From NCBI GenBank assembly GCA_903928915.1, contig CAIYSL010000098.1, positions 35,179-99,178 of the forward strand: a stretch of DNA of 64,000 nt, in the 5' to 3' direction. Positions within the stretch are counted from its first letter, which is position 1. Each line of letters starts with the position of its first letter. A model generated the notes under the pieces. The model made no database searches. It was given only the letters and a program-made list of their open reading frames with translations, and was not told the DNA's origin. The DNA comes from an uncultured Syntrophobacterales bacterium (GTDB lineage: Bacteria > Desulfobacterota > Syntrophia > Syntrophales > UBA5619). The translations under genes and the position numbers were made by a program. Below are positions 9,035 to 17,400 of the stretch, piece by piece.

Positions 9035-9337
9035 TCACCGCAGGCGCTTCGGAGATGTCCGGACGACCCACCCCCCGTTGACGAGGGCCAGGGCGATCTT
9101 CTGCTCGTCCGTCTTTCGGTCGTCGAAGGTGATGTTGAGCAGGTTGCGGGCCGGAGCGGTGAAGCGGATCACCCCGTCGATCCCCCTGAGGATAGCACCT
9201 ATCCTCTCGTTGCCGCCTCAGGCCGTGCAGCCCGGTACGTCGAACTGAAAGGTCCGTTCCGCCGCGGCGAGGGGCGCGGCCGCCGCCAGAATCAGCAGCA
9301 CCGCGCCGACCAGACCTATGGTTCTTCTTCGCATCAT
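9035..9337 (-). CDS. candidate selenoprotein: secreted heavy-metal-associated (HMA)-fold protein with a CTAU motif (UGA at 9220..9218 read as Sec)
   Basis: Absent from the ORF track. ATG at 9337 with SD GGAGAGGGG. 39 codons (MMRRRTIGLVGAVLLILAAAAPLAAAERTFQFDVPGCTA), then an in-frame TGA. 60 further open codons follow (GGNERIGAILRGIDGVIRFTAPARNLLNITFDDRKTDEQKIALALVNGGWVVRTSPKRLR) to TGA 9037..9035. The joined sequence has the HMA beta-alpha-beta-beta-alpha-beta pattern. A SECIS-like hairpin lies downstream of the UGA. Confidence 0.6.
9188..9206 (-). promoter_or_regulatory. candidate bacterial SECIS hairpin
   Basis: On the mRNA strand: UGA, then 11 nt, then GAGGAUA-GGUGC-UAUCCUC (perfect 7-bp stem, 5-nt loop starting GGU). 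The apical loop begins 18 nt after the UGA. Confidence 0.5.
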
Positions 9338-9469
9338 CCCTTTTCCCCTCTCCTGCCGGCAGCATCCCTATTCCCGGGCGGAAGCGCACCGTCCGGATCC
9401 GCCCCTTTCCTAGACAAATCCGCGGGGAAAATCCAGTAAAATGTGTGTGCCCCCGGGGCTCCTGCCGGC

Positions 9470-9498
9470 TTGACAGTGATCGGGCGTTCCTCTATAAG
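9470..9498 (+). promoter_or_regulatory. sigma70-type promoter for the maf-yggS-rubredoxin operon
   Basis: TTGACA (9470-9475), 17-nt spacer, TATAAG (9493-9498), about 90 nt upstream of the maf ATG. Confidence 0.6.
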
Positions 9499-9589
9499 TG
9501 GCCAGACGGCCGCCTCAGCGCGGCCGCCGGGACGGTGGGGGTCGGGGAGATCCGCCCTACAGCGGCGTGCCGCAGAGGGAGACAACTGC

Positions 9590-10195
9590 ATGGGAATCGC
9601 ACTATCGGGCAGGTTCATCCTGGCCTCGGCCTCGCCCCGCCGGATCGAGCTCTTGAAGCTGATGGGGCTCACCTTCGAGGTGCTGCCGAGCGGCATCGAC
9701 GAGGGGCACCGACACGGAGAGACCCCCCGAGAGCATGCCCTCCGCCTCTCCGAGGAGAAGGCGCTCAGCGTGGCCCGCCTGCACCCCGACGCCTGGGTCC
9801 TCGGGGCCGATACGATCGTGATCATCGACCGCGAGGTCCTGGGCAAGCCGGGATCGCCTGCCGAGGCGAAAGAGATGCTCGAACGGTTGAGCGGCCGGGA
9901 GCATGAGGTGTACACCGGGTTCAGCATCGCCGGACAAGGCACGGGGATCCTGTTTCGCCAGGTCGTCGAGTCGACGGTCCTGTTCCGGGAGATCGCCCCG
10001 GACGAGCTGGCCTGGTACGTCGACTCCGAAGAGCCCTACGACAAGGCGGGCGCTTACGCCGTCCAGGGGATGGGCGCCTTCTTCATCCGGGAGATCCGCG
10101 GCTCCTACACGAACGTCATGGGGCTGCCCCTCTGCGAAGTCGTCGATGCCCTGCGGGGCCTCTCCGCGGTCGCCTTTTCCGGAGGCCGGCGATGA
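9590..10195 (+). CDS. maf: Maf-family nucleoside triphosphate pyrophosphatase
   Basis: Internal ATG at 9590 (SD GAGGGAG) gives MGIALSGRFILASASPRRIELLKLMGL, the Maf N-terminal signature. The longer 9443 start has no support. Stop overlaps the yggS start (ATGA). Confidence 0.9.
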   Translation: MGIALSGRFILASASPRRIELLKLMGLTFEVLPSGIDEGHRHGETPREHALRLSEEKALSVARLHPDAWVLGADTIVIIDREVLGKPGSPAEAKEMLERLSGREHEVYTGFSIAGQGTGILFRQVVESTVLFREIAPDELAWYVDSEEPYDKAGAYAVQGMGAFFIREIRGSYTNVMGLPLCEVVDALRGLSAVAFSGGRR

Positions 10196-10878
10196 GCGTT
10201 GCCGAGAACATCCGGTGCGTTCGGGAGCGGATCGCGGCGGCAGCCCTGCGGGCGGGCCGCCCGGCCGCGGCGGTCCGTCTGATGGCCGTGACCAAGACCG
10301 TGGACGACGCCCGGATCGGCGAGGCGATTCGGGCCGGGGTGGAGATTATCGGCGAAAACTACGTCCAGGAGGCGAAGCGGAAGATCGAAACGCTGGGTAA
10401 ATCCTGCCAGTGGCACTTCATCGGCCGTCTCCAGACGAACAAGGCGAAGTACGCGGTTCAGCTGTTCGATATGATCCACTCCGTCGACCGGTGGGAACTG
10501 GCCGCGGAGATCAACCGGCGCGCCCGGCTTGCCGGGCGGGTCATGCCGGTCCTGGTCGAGGTCAACCTGGCCGGCGAGGCGACGAAAAGCGGGGTCCCGC
10601 CCGCGGACGCTGCCGCCCTGGTCCGCAGTGCGGCTGCGCTGGAGAATCTGGCTGTCCGCGGGCTGATGACGATGCCCCCCTTCGGCGCAGATCCGGAGGA
10701 GGCGCGGCCCTACTTCCGGACTCTCCGGGAGCTCCGGGATCGGCTGGCGGCCGAAGCGATCCCCCGGGCGGAGCTGCGGGAGCTGTCGATGGGGATGAGC
10801 GGCGACTACGCGGTTGCCGTCGAGGAGGGGGCGACGATCGTCCGGGTCGGCCGGGCGATCTTCGGAGAACGTCACTGA
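10192..10878 (+). CDS. yggS: YggS-family pyridoxal-phosphate homeostasis protein
   Basis: 228 aa. LMAVTKTV...[10 protein letters not shown]...[13 protein letters not shown] are canonical YggS/alanine-racemase-N motifs. Confidence 0.9.
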   Translation: MSVAENIRCVRERIAAAALRAGRPAAAVRLMAVTKTVDDARIGEAIRAGVEIIGENYVQEAKRKIETLGKSCQWHFIGRLQTNKAKYAVQLFDMIHSVDRWELAAEINRRARLAGRVMPVLVEVNLAGEATKSGVPPADAAALVRSAAALENLAVRGLMTMPPFGADPEEARPYFRTLRELRDRLAAEAIPRAELRELSMGMSGDYAVAVEEGATIVRVGRAIFGERH

Positions 10879-10892
10879 AGGAGAACGCGGCG

Positions 10893-11591
10893 ATGAACAA
10901 GTCAGCATTGTACAAACTGAGCTACGGCCTGTACGTGATCACCTCCCGCAAGGAGGGAAGGTTCAACGGACAGATCGCCAACACAGTCTTCCAGGTGACC
11001 TCCGATCCGCCCACCCTGGCGGTAAGCATCAACAAGAGCAACTACACCTTCGAGTGCATCAGCTCCTGCCGGCAGTTCGTCGTCTCCATCCTGGCCGAGA
11101 CGGCCCCGATGCCGATGATCGGCACGTTCGGGTTCAAGTGCGGGCGGAACTTCGACAAGCTCGACGGCATCGCAGTCCGGACCGGCATCACCGGCCTCCC
11201 GATCGTCATCGACCATTGCGCCGCCTTCATCGAGGCGGAGGTGACACACGAGTTCGACTGCGGGACCCACACGATCTTTCTGGGGCGCATCCTGGATGCC
11301 GGCATCCTCGACCCCGCCGCGGAGCCGATGACCTATGCGTACTACCACAAGGTGAAGGGCGGCAAAGCCCCGAAGAGCGCCCCCACCTACCAGGCGCCTG
11401 CGCCGCAGCCCCCGGGGCCCGCCGCGCAGGCGCCGCGGTACGTCTGCTCGGTCTGCGGCTACGTCTACGACCCGGCGCTCGGCGATCCGGAGGGGAAGAT
11501 CAACCCGGGCACTTCCTTCGCGGAGCTCCCGGCCGACTGGGTCTGCCCCGTCTGCGGGGCGGGGAAGGACAGATTCACGCCGGAGGGTTGA
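10893..11591 (+). CDS. flavin reductase-rubredoxin fusion (high-molecular-weight rubredoxin, Hrb-like)
   Basis: ATG 10893 after SD GAAGGAGAA. N-terminal flavin-reductase-like domain ([27 protein letters not shown]). C-terminal rubredoxin ([12 protein letters not shown]...[13 protein letters not shown]). The 393-aa track ORF from 10410 is an upstream extension that overlaps yggS. Confidence 0.85.
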   Translation: MNKSALYKLSYGLYVITSRKEGRFNGQIANTVFQVTSDPPTLAVSINKSNYTFECISSCRQFVVSILAETAPMPMIGTFGFKCGRNFDKLDGIAVRTGITGLPIVIDHCAAFIEAEVTHEFDCGTHTIFLGRILDAGILDPAAEPMTYAYYHKVKGGKAPKSAPTYQAPAPQPPGPAAQAPRYVCSVCGYVYDPALGDPEGKINPGTSFAELPADWVCPVCGAGKDRFTPEG

Positions 11592-11600
11592 GCGGCGGCG

Positions 11601-13847
11601 TCATGCCTTTGCCAGGATGCCGCGCCACCGGCGGCGCAGGCGCAGCGAATTGCTGACCACGGAGACGGAACTGAGCGCCATGGCCGCGGCGGCGAACTCC
11701 GGGTTGAGCAGGACGCCCCAGAAGGGGTATAAGACGCCGGCGGCAATCGGGATTCCGATGACGTTGTAGATGAACGCCCAGAAGAGGTTCTGGCGGATCG
11801 TCCGCATCGTCTCGAAGGAGAGGCGAATCGCCCGCGGCACGGCCGTCAGGTCGTCCTGCATCAGTGTGATGTCCGAGGCCTCGATCGCCACGTCCGTCCC
11901 CGCGCCGATGGCGATTCCGATGTCGGCGGCGCTCAGCGCCGGGGCGTCGTTGATCCCGTCCCCTACCATCGCCACGACTTCTCCCCCCGCGCGGAGGCGG
12001 CGGATCTCCTCGGCCTTGTCCCCCGGCAGGACCTCTGCCAGGACCCGTTCGATCCCCAGGGCCGCGCCCATCGCCCGGGCGGTGGAGGCATTGTCCCCGG
12101 TAATCATGGCGACCTTCAGCCCCATCCCCTTCAGGCTGGCGATTGCCGCCTTTGCCGAGGGCTTCGGGAGGTCGGAGAACCCCATCAGGCCGACCGCTCG
12201 CCCCGCCCGGGCCACGAAGACGACCGTTCTCCCCTCCGCGGCAAGCCGGGCCGCATCCCCGGCGAGGGGGGCGATCGCCACCCCCTCCCCCTCCAGGAAC
12301 CGGGCGTTGCCCAGCAGGCATGGTTGCCCACCGATCAGCGCTTTTGCCCCGAGACCCGAGACGGCCGCAAACTGCTCCGCCGGTTCGGCCCGCATCCCCT
12401 CCTGTTCGCCCCTCGCCAGCACGGCCCGGGCAAGCGGGTGCTCGGATACGGCTTCGATCGCCAGGGCGACCCGGAGGACCTCGGCGGCGGTGCTGTCCGC
12501 GGCGGGGACGATGTCCGTGACCTCAGGTTCGCCGCGGGTGAGGGTCCCGGTCTTGTCGAACACCACGGTCCGCAGGCGGTAGGCGTTCTCGAGGCTCTCC
12601 CCTCCCTTGATCAGGATTCCGCTTTCGGCGCCCAGCCCCGTCCCCACCATCACCGCCGTGGGGGTCGCCAGCCCCAGCGCGCAGGGGCAGGCGATGACCA
12701 GCACCGAGACGAAGTTGAGCAGCGCCCGGCTGAAGACCGGATCGTCAACGGCGAACTGCCAGACGGCGAAGGTGATCAGGCCGATCGCGAACACGGCCGG
12801 GACGAAGATCGAGGCGACCTTGTCGGCGAGACGCTGGATCGGGGCCTTGGACCCCTGCGCCTCCTCGACGAGCCGGATGATCTGGGCAAGGGCGGTCTCG
12901 GCGCCGACCCGGGTCGCCCGAAAGGTGAAGCTTCCGGTCCGGTTGAGCGTCGCGGCGAACACCTCCGCCCCCGCCTCCTTGACCACCGGCATGCTCTCGC
13001 CGGTCAGCATCGACTCGTCCACGGTCGAGTGGCCCGCCACGACAACGCCGTCCGTGGGGATCTTCTCACCGGGGCGGACGATGATCGTATCCCCCGTGAG
13101 GACCCCCTCGATCGGGATGTCCTTCTCCACCCCCTCCCGGATGACCCGCGCCGTCTTGGGCTTCAGCCCCATCAGCCGCTGGATAGCCTGCGAGGTGCGC
13201 CCCTTGGCCTTGGCCTCGAGGAGCCGCCCGAGGATGATCAGGGTGACGATGAAGGCCGCCCCGTCGTAGTAGACGTGGGGCGCGATCTCCGCTCCGGCGA
13301 ACAGCTGCGGGAAGAAGGTCGCCAGGGCTGAGTACAGGTAGGCGGCAAGGGCCCCCACGGCGACCAGGGTGTTCATGTCGGTGGTCCCCTGGCGGGCCGC
13401 CTTCACGGCGCCGATGAAGAACCGGCTCCCGACCCAGAAGACGACCGGACCGGTCAGGAAGAACAGGGCGATCAGGAGCGGCCCATGGGGGATCGCGTCG
13501 AGAAAGGGAAACCAGTGCCGCATCGACCCGATGAAGATGATCGTGCTCAGGACGATCCCCACCCCGAAGCGGTACGTGAGATCCTTCAACTCCCGCTCGC
13601 GGGCCGCGGCGATCGGGTCTTCCCGCGCGTCGTCGGGAACCCCCAGGAATTCATAGCCCTGATCCTCGACGGTCTGGCGGAGCGCCTCCAGACCGGCCCA
13701 CTGCTCGCCGTGCACGACGGTCGCGCGGGCCGTCGCCAGGTTGACGGCAACGCCCGTCACCCCGGCGAGCTCGCCCAGGGCCCGCTCCACGCGGCGCACG
13801 CAGGCGGCGCAGGTCATCCCCCCGACGGAAACGGTCGTCTTCTGCAT
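11601..13847 (-). CDS. copA: copper-translocating P1B-type ATPase
   Basis: Start taken at [17 protein letters not shown] (N-terminal HMA domain), 4 nt after the copZ stop. CPC motif ([13 protein letters not shown]), DKTGTLT phosphorylation site, GDGINDAP hinge. Confidence 0.9.
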   Translation of the reverse strand: MQKTTVSVGGMTCAACVRRVERALGELAGVTGVAVNLATARATVVHGEQWAGLEALRQTVEDQGYEFLGVPDDAREDPIAAARERELKDLTYRFGVGIVLSTIIFIGSMRHWFPFLDAIPHGPLLIALFFLTGPVVFWVGSRFFIGAVKAARQGTTDMNTLVAVGALAAYLYSALATFFPQLFAGAEIAPHVYYDGAAFIVTLIILGRLLEAKAKGRTSQAIQRLMGLKPKTARVIREGVEKDIPIEGVLTGDTIIVRPGEKIPTDGVVVAGHSTVDESMLTGESMPVVKEAGAEVFAATLNRTGSFTFRATRVGAETALAQIIRLVEEAQGSKAPIQRLADKVASIFVPAVFAIGLITFAVWQFAVDDPVFSRALLNFVSVLVIACPCALGLATPTAVMVGTGLGAESGILIKGGESLENAYRLRTVVFDKTGTLTRGEPEVTDIVPAADSTAAEVLRVALAIEAVSEHPLARAVLARGEQEGMRAEPAEQFAAVSGLGAKALIGGQPCLLGNARFLEGEGVAIAPLAGDAARLAAEGRTVVFVARAGRAVGLMGFSDLPKPSAKAAIASLKGMGLKVAMITGDNASTARAMGAALGIERVLAEVLPGDKAEEIRRLRAGGEVVAMVGDGINDAPALSAADIGIAIGAGTDVAIEASDITLMQDDLTAVPRAIRLSFETMRTIRQNLFWAFIYNVIGIPIAAGVLYPFWGVLLNPEFAAAAMALSSVSVVSNSLRLRRRWRGILAKA

Positions 13848-13851
13848 CTTC

Positions 13852-14052
13852 TCAGTCGACAACGTCGAACCCCGCTTTCGCGATCCGCTCCCGGACGAGG
13901 TTCCGGTCGACGGGTTTCTCTTCCGTAAAGGTGGCCTCTCCCGCGGCCAGGTCCACGCGGACGTCCTTGATCCCCTCGACACTGCCGAGCGCCTTGGTTA
14001 CGGCCATGACACAATGCTGGCAGGACATGCCTCTGATCTTTATCGTCGTCAT
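13852..14052 (-). CDS. copZ: copper chaperone (HMA domain)
   Basis: ATG 14052 after [48 protein letters not shown] has the classical GMxCxxC metal site. 66 aa. Confidence 0.85.
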   Translation of the reverse strand: MTTIKIRGMSCQHCVMAVTKALGSVEGIKDVRVDLAAGEATFTEEKPVDRNLVRERIAKAGFDVVD

Positions 14053-14421
14053 ACGTACTCCTTTCCTTGCGACCGGGGCATTCCTCCGCCCCATCGTCGA
14101 CCTGTTAAACCTATCCATCCTTTTGCGAAAGTCAATCGGCCCGAAGCAGAATTTCGGTCCTCCAGCCGGGGCGGCGGGTAGGGATGTCCTAAACGAGAAC
14201 GTCAGCCAACTACCGCGATATCGCCAATATTTTGACTATCGCCCTCCGCAGCCGCTCAGGCCCTCCCGGCAGGACCCGCCCCGTCTACGGCCTGCCTTTT
14301 GCAACCATCCGGAGATACAACACTTCTCGCTGCTTTCCCTCCGGTTCGTACCGCAGCGAGCCCTGGCACGAATATTGAAGCCTTACCGTGGGGTTCAGCG
14401 ATCATCCCCCTGGAGAGAGAC

Positions 14422-17400
14422 ATGCCCGAACTGAAATCCTCCCCGTCCGTAGGGAGGACCGTCATTGCCGTGACAGCCCTCACCGTGCTCGGGTTCGCGG
14501 GCAACTGGTTCAGCCTGCCCGTTGGGTACAGCGTCAGCTTCGTCTTCGGGAGCATCTTCACCATCATTGCCGTGCGACTCTTCGGCATCGGGTGGGGGGT
14601 TGGTTCCGCCGTCGTTGCCTCCAGCTGCACCTATCTCCTCTGGAACCATCCCTACGCCATCATCGTCTTCGCCGCGGAGATCGCCTGGATCGGGTTGGCG
14701 CTGCGGGCGGGAAAGCGGAACATCCTGATCATCGATGCGCTGTTCTGGCTGATGGCGGCCCCGCCGCTCGTGTATCTGTTCTTCGCCGGCATCATGCAGC
14801 TCGGCATCCAGAATGCGCTGCTAATCTTCCTGAAGCAGCTCCTGAACGGCATATTCAACGCCCTGATCGCCAGCATCCTCCTGTCGCACGCGCCCCTCCG
14901 GCGCTGGCTGAAACTCGACCGGACGCCGCTGCTGGTCCCCTATTCTGCCGTCATCCTGCATGTGACGACGGCCGTGTTCCTGATCCCGGCTCTCGGCCTG
15001 CTTCTGCTGGCAAACAACCGCGAAATCGACGCGCGTCATGAGATCGCCCTGCACATGGTCGACGACGGGGCGCAGGAAATCAGCTCCGTCATTGCGCGGT
15101 GGCTCACAGAGCATAGTTCGCTGCTGCGTGCGGCGGTGGAGCATGCCGAAGCAGGCCCCCTCAGCCCCTTGCCGGAGCTGCGGCATATCCTGCGCATAGA
15201 TCAAGATTTTCGGAGCCTGTACGTAGTCGATCGAACCGGGGCCGCCATAACCTCCCATCCGTCCGCGAACAGGGCCGAGGAATTCGCCGCCGGACTGAAT
15301 CTGGCCGACCGCCGACGCCTCCGGCAGCTGCGGGAGACCCTGCGGCCGGTCGTTTCAGACGTCATTACGAAACAGAGCGGCACCTTGACCGGAATGGTAA
15401 CGATCAGCGTCCCCGTGCTACGGGACAAGGCGTTCACCGGGTTCGGCCTCGGCGTCGTCACGCTGGATAGGATACAATCCCTCATCGCCGATCTGGCGAA
15501 GCACGGCGAAGTGAGCGCCACCATCCTGGACAGCCAAGGAACCGTCGTCGCCAGCACCGACCCGCGGAAGCAGCCGCTTCGCAGGCTCCCGGTCGTGCAG
15601 ACCCGGGAAGCGCGGACCCCCCTCCCCGGGATACTGCTGCGCGTTCCCGATGCGCGCCAGAACGTCAGCATCATGGACGCCTGGAAGGATGCCTTCTACT
15701 ACAAGAAGACCTCGATCGCCGGGAGCGACTGGACGCTGCTGGTGGAATACCCCCTCGTTCCGCTCCAGCAGTACTTCTGCCAGACGACGATCAAGAACCT
15801 GAGCGCGGTGGCACTGCTGCTCGTGGCGGTGCTGTTCCTCTCGGTAGTGCTGAGCAAGAAGATGGCAGAATCCGCCGTCCTCCTGGCGGACATTTCACGG
15901 CACCTTCCGGAAAGCAGCGAGCGCCACGTGCCGACCCGGTGGCCCGAAACCCGCATCGCCGAGATGGCGACACTCACCGACCACTTCCGGCAGATGGGGG
16001 AGGCCCTGGACCGCAGGATCGCTGAGGCGCGGGACGCCAACCTGCTCCTGGAGAATCGCATCAGCGAACGGACCGAGCAGCTGCATCGGCTGAACGAACG
16101 CTACACCGCGGCGATCGAATCGGCCCAGCTGGGCGTCTGGGAATGGGACGCGCGCCGGGACATCCTCATCTGGGACGAGCAGATGTTCCGGCTGTACGCG
16201 ATCGTCGAGAACGAATTCAGCGGCTCCTACGACGCCTGGCTCAAGCGCATCCACCCCGGCGACGCCGCGCGCGTGCGCGAGGAGATTCAGCAGACGCTGC
16301 GCAGCGACAAAACCTTGGACACGCAGTTCCGGATCCTCTGGCCGACCGGCGAGGTGCACCACATCAAGGCCTATGCCCTGATCACCTGCGACGCCGACGG
16401 CACGCCCCTGCGCCTCACCGGGATCAACTACGACATCACCGCGCGGGTGAGGCTGGAGGAGCTCGTCCGCACACGAATGGAGCTGCTCGACTTCGCCGCG
16501 ACCCATACCCTCGGGGAGTTGATCCAGAAGACGCTGGACAAGGTGGAAGAGCTGGTGAGCAGCCCCGTCAGCTTCTACCACTTCGTCGAGCCCGACCAGA
16601 AGACGCTTTCCCTCCAGGGCTGGTCCACGCGGACGATGGCCGAATTCTGCACCGCCGTGGGCAAGGGAACCCACTACCCCGTCGAACAGGCTGGGGTATG
16701 GGTCGACTGCGTGCACCAGCGAAGGCCCGTCATCCACAACGATTACCCCGCGCTCCCCCACCGGAAAGGGCTCCCCCCAGGGCATCCCCCGGTGATCCGC
16801 GAGCTGGTCGTGCCGATCCTGCGCGCCGACCGCATCGTGGCCATCCTCGGCGTCGGGAACAAACCGTCCGATTACACGGCGGACGACGCAGAGATCGTCG
16901 CCTACCTGGCGGATGTGGCGTGGGAGATCACCGAACGCAAGCGTGCGGACGAATCGCTGAACGAGGAGCGCCGACGCCTGGCCGCCATCATCAGGGGGAC
17001 GAACGTCGGCACCTGGGAATGGAACGTCCAGACCGGCGAAACGGTGTTCAACGAGCGGTGGGCGGAGATCATCGGCTACACGCTGGCGGAGCTGGGCCCC
17101 CTTTCGATCGAGACCTGGACGCGCCACTGTCACCCTGAAGACATCGCCGCAAGCGGCGCATTGCTGGAGCGCCATTTTGCCGGTGAACTGGACTCTTACG
17201 AGTTCGAATGCCGGATGCGGCACAAGGACGGACGATGGGTCTGGATACTGGACCGCGGACGCGTGACGAGTTGGACCGCCGACGGCAAGCCCCTGCTGAT
17301 GTCGGGAACCCACCAGGACATCACAGCGCGCAAACAGGGGGAGGAGAAGCTCAGACAGAGCGAAGAATCGCTTCAGGTCGAACGGGACAATCTTGCGGCC

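Noticed and set aside
8706-9389. 227-aa minus-strand ORF covering the manC 3' end and the HMA locus
   Set aside because: The translation is Arg/Pro/Ser-rich and overlaps the well-supported manC-like gene. A different frame at the same locus gives a signal peptide plus an HMA fold, which explains the region better.
10410-10892. N-terminal 161 codons of the 393-aa ORF ending at 11591
   Set aside because: This part overlaps yggS in another frame and is Arg/Gly/Pro-rich. The real rubredoxin-fusion gene starts at ATG 10893, behind a good SD.
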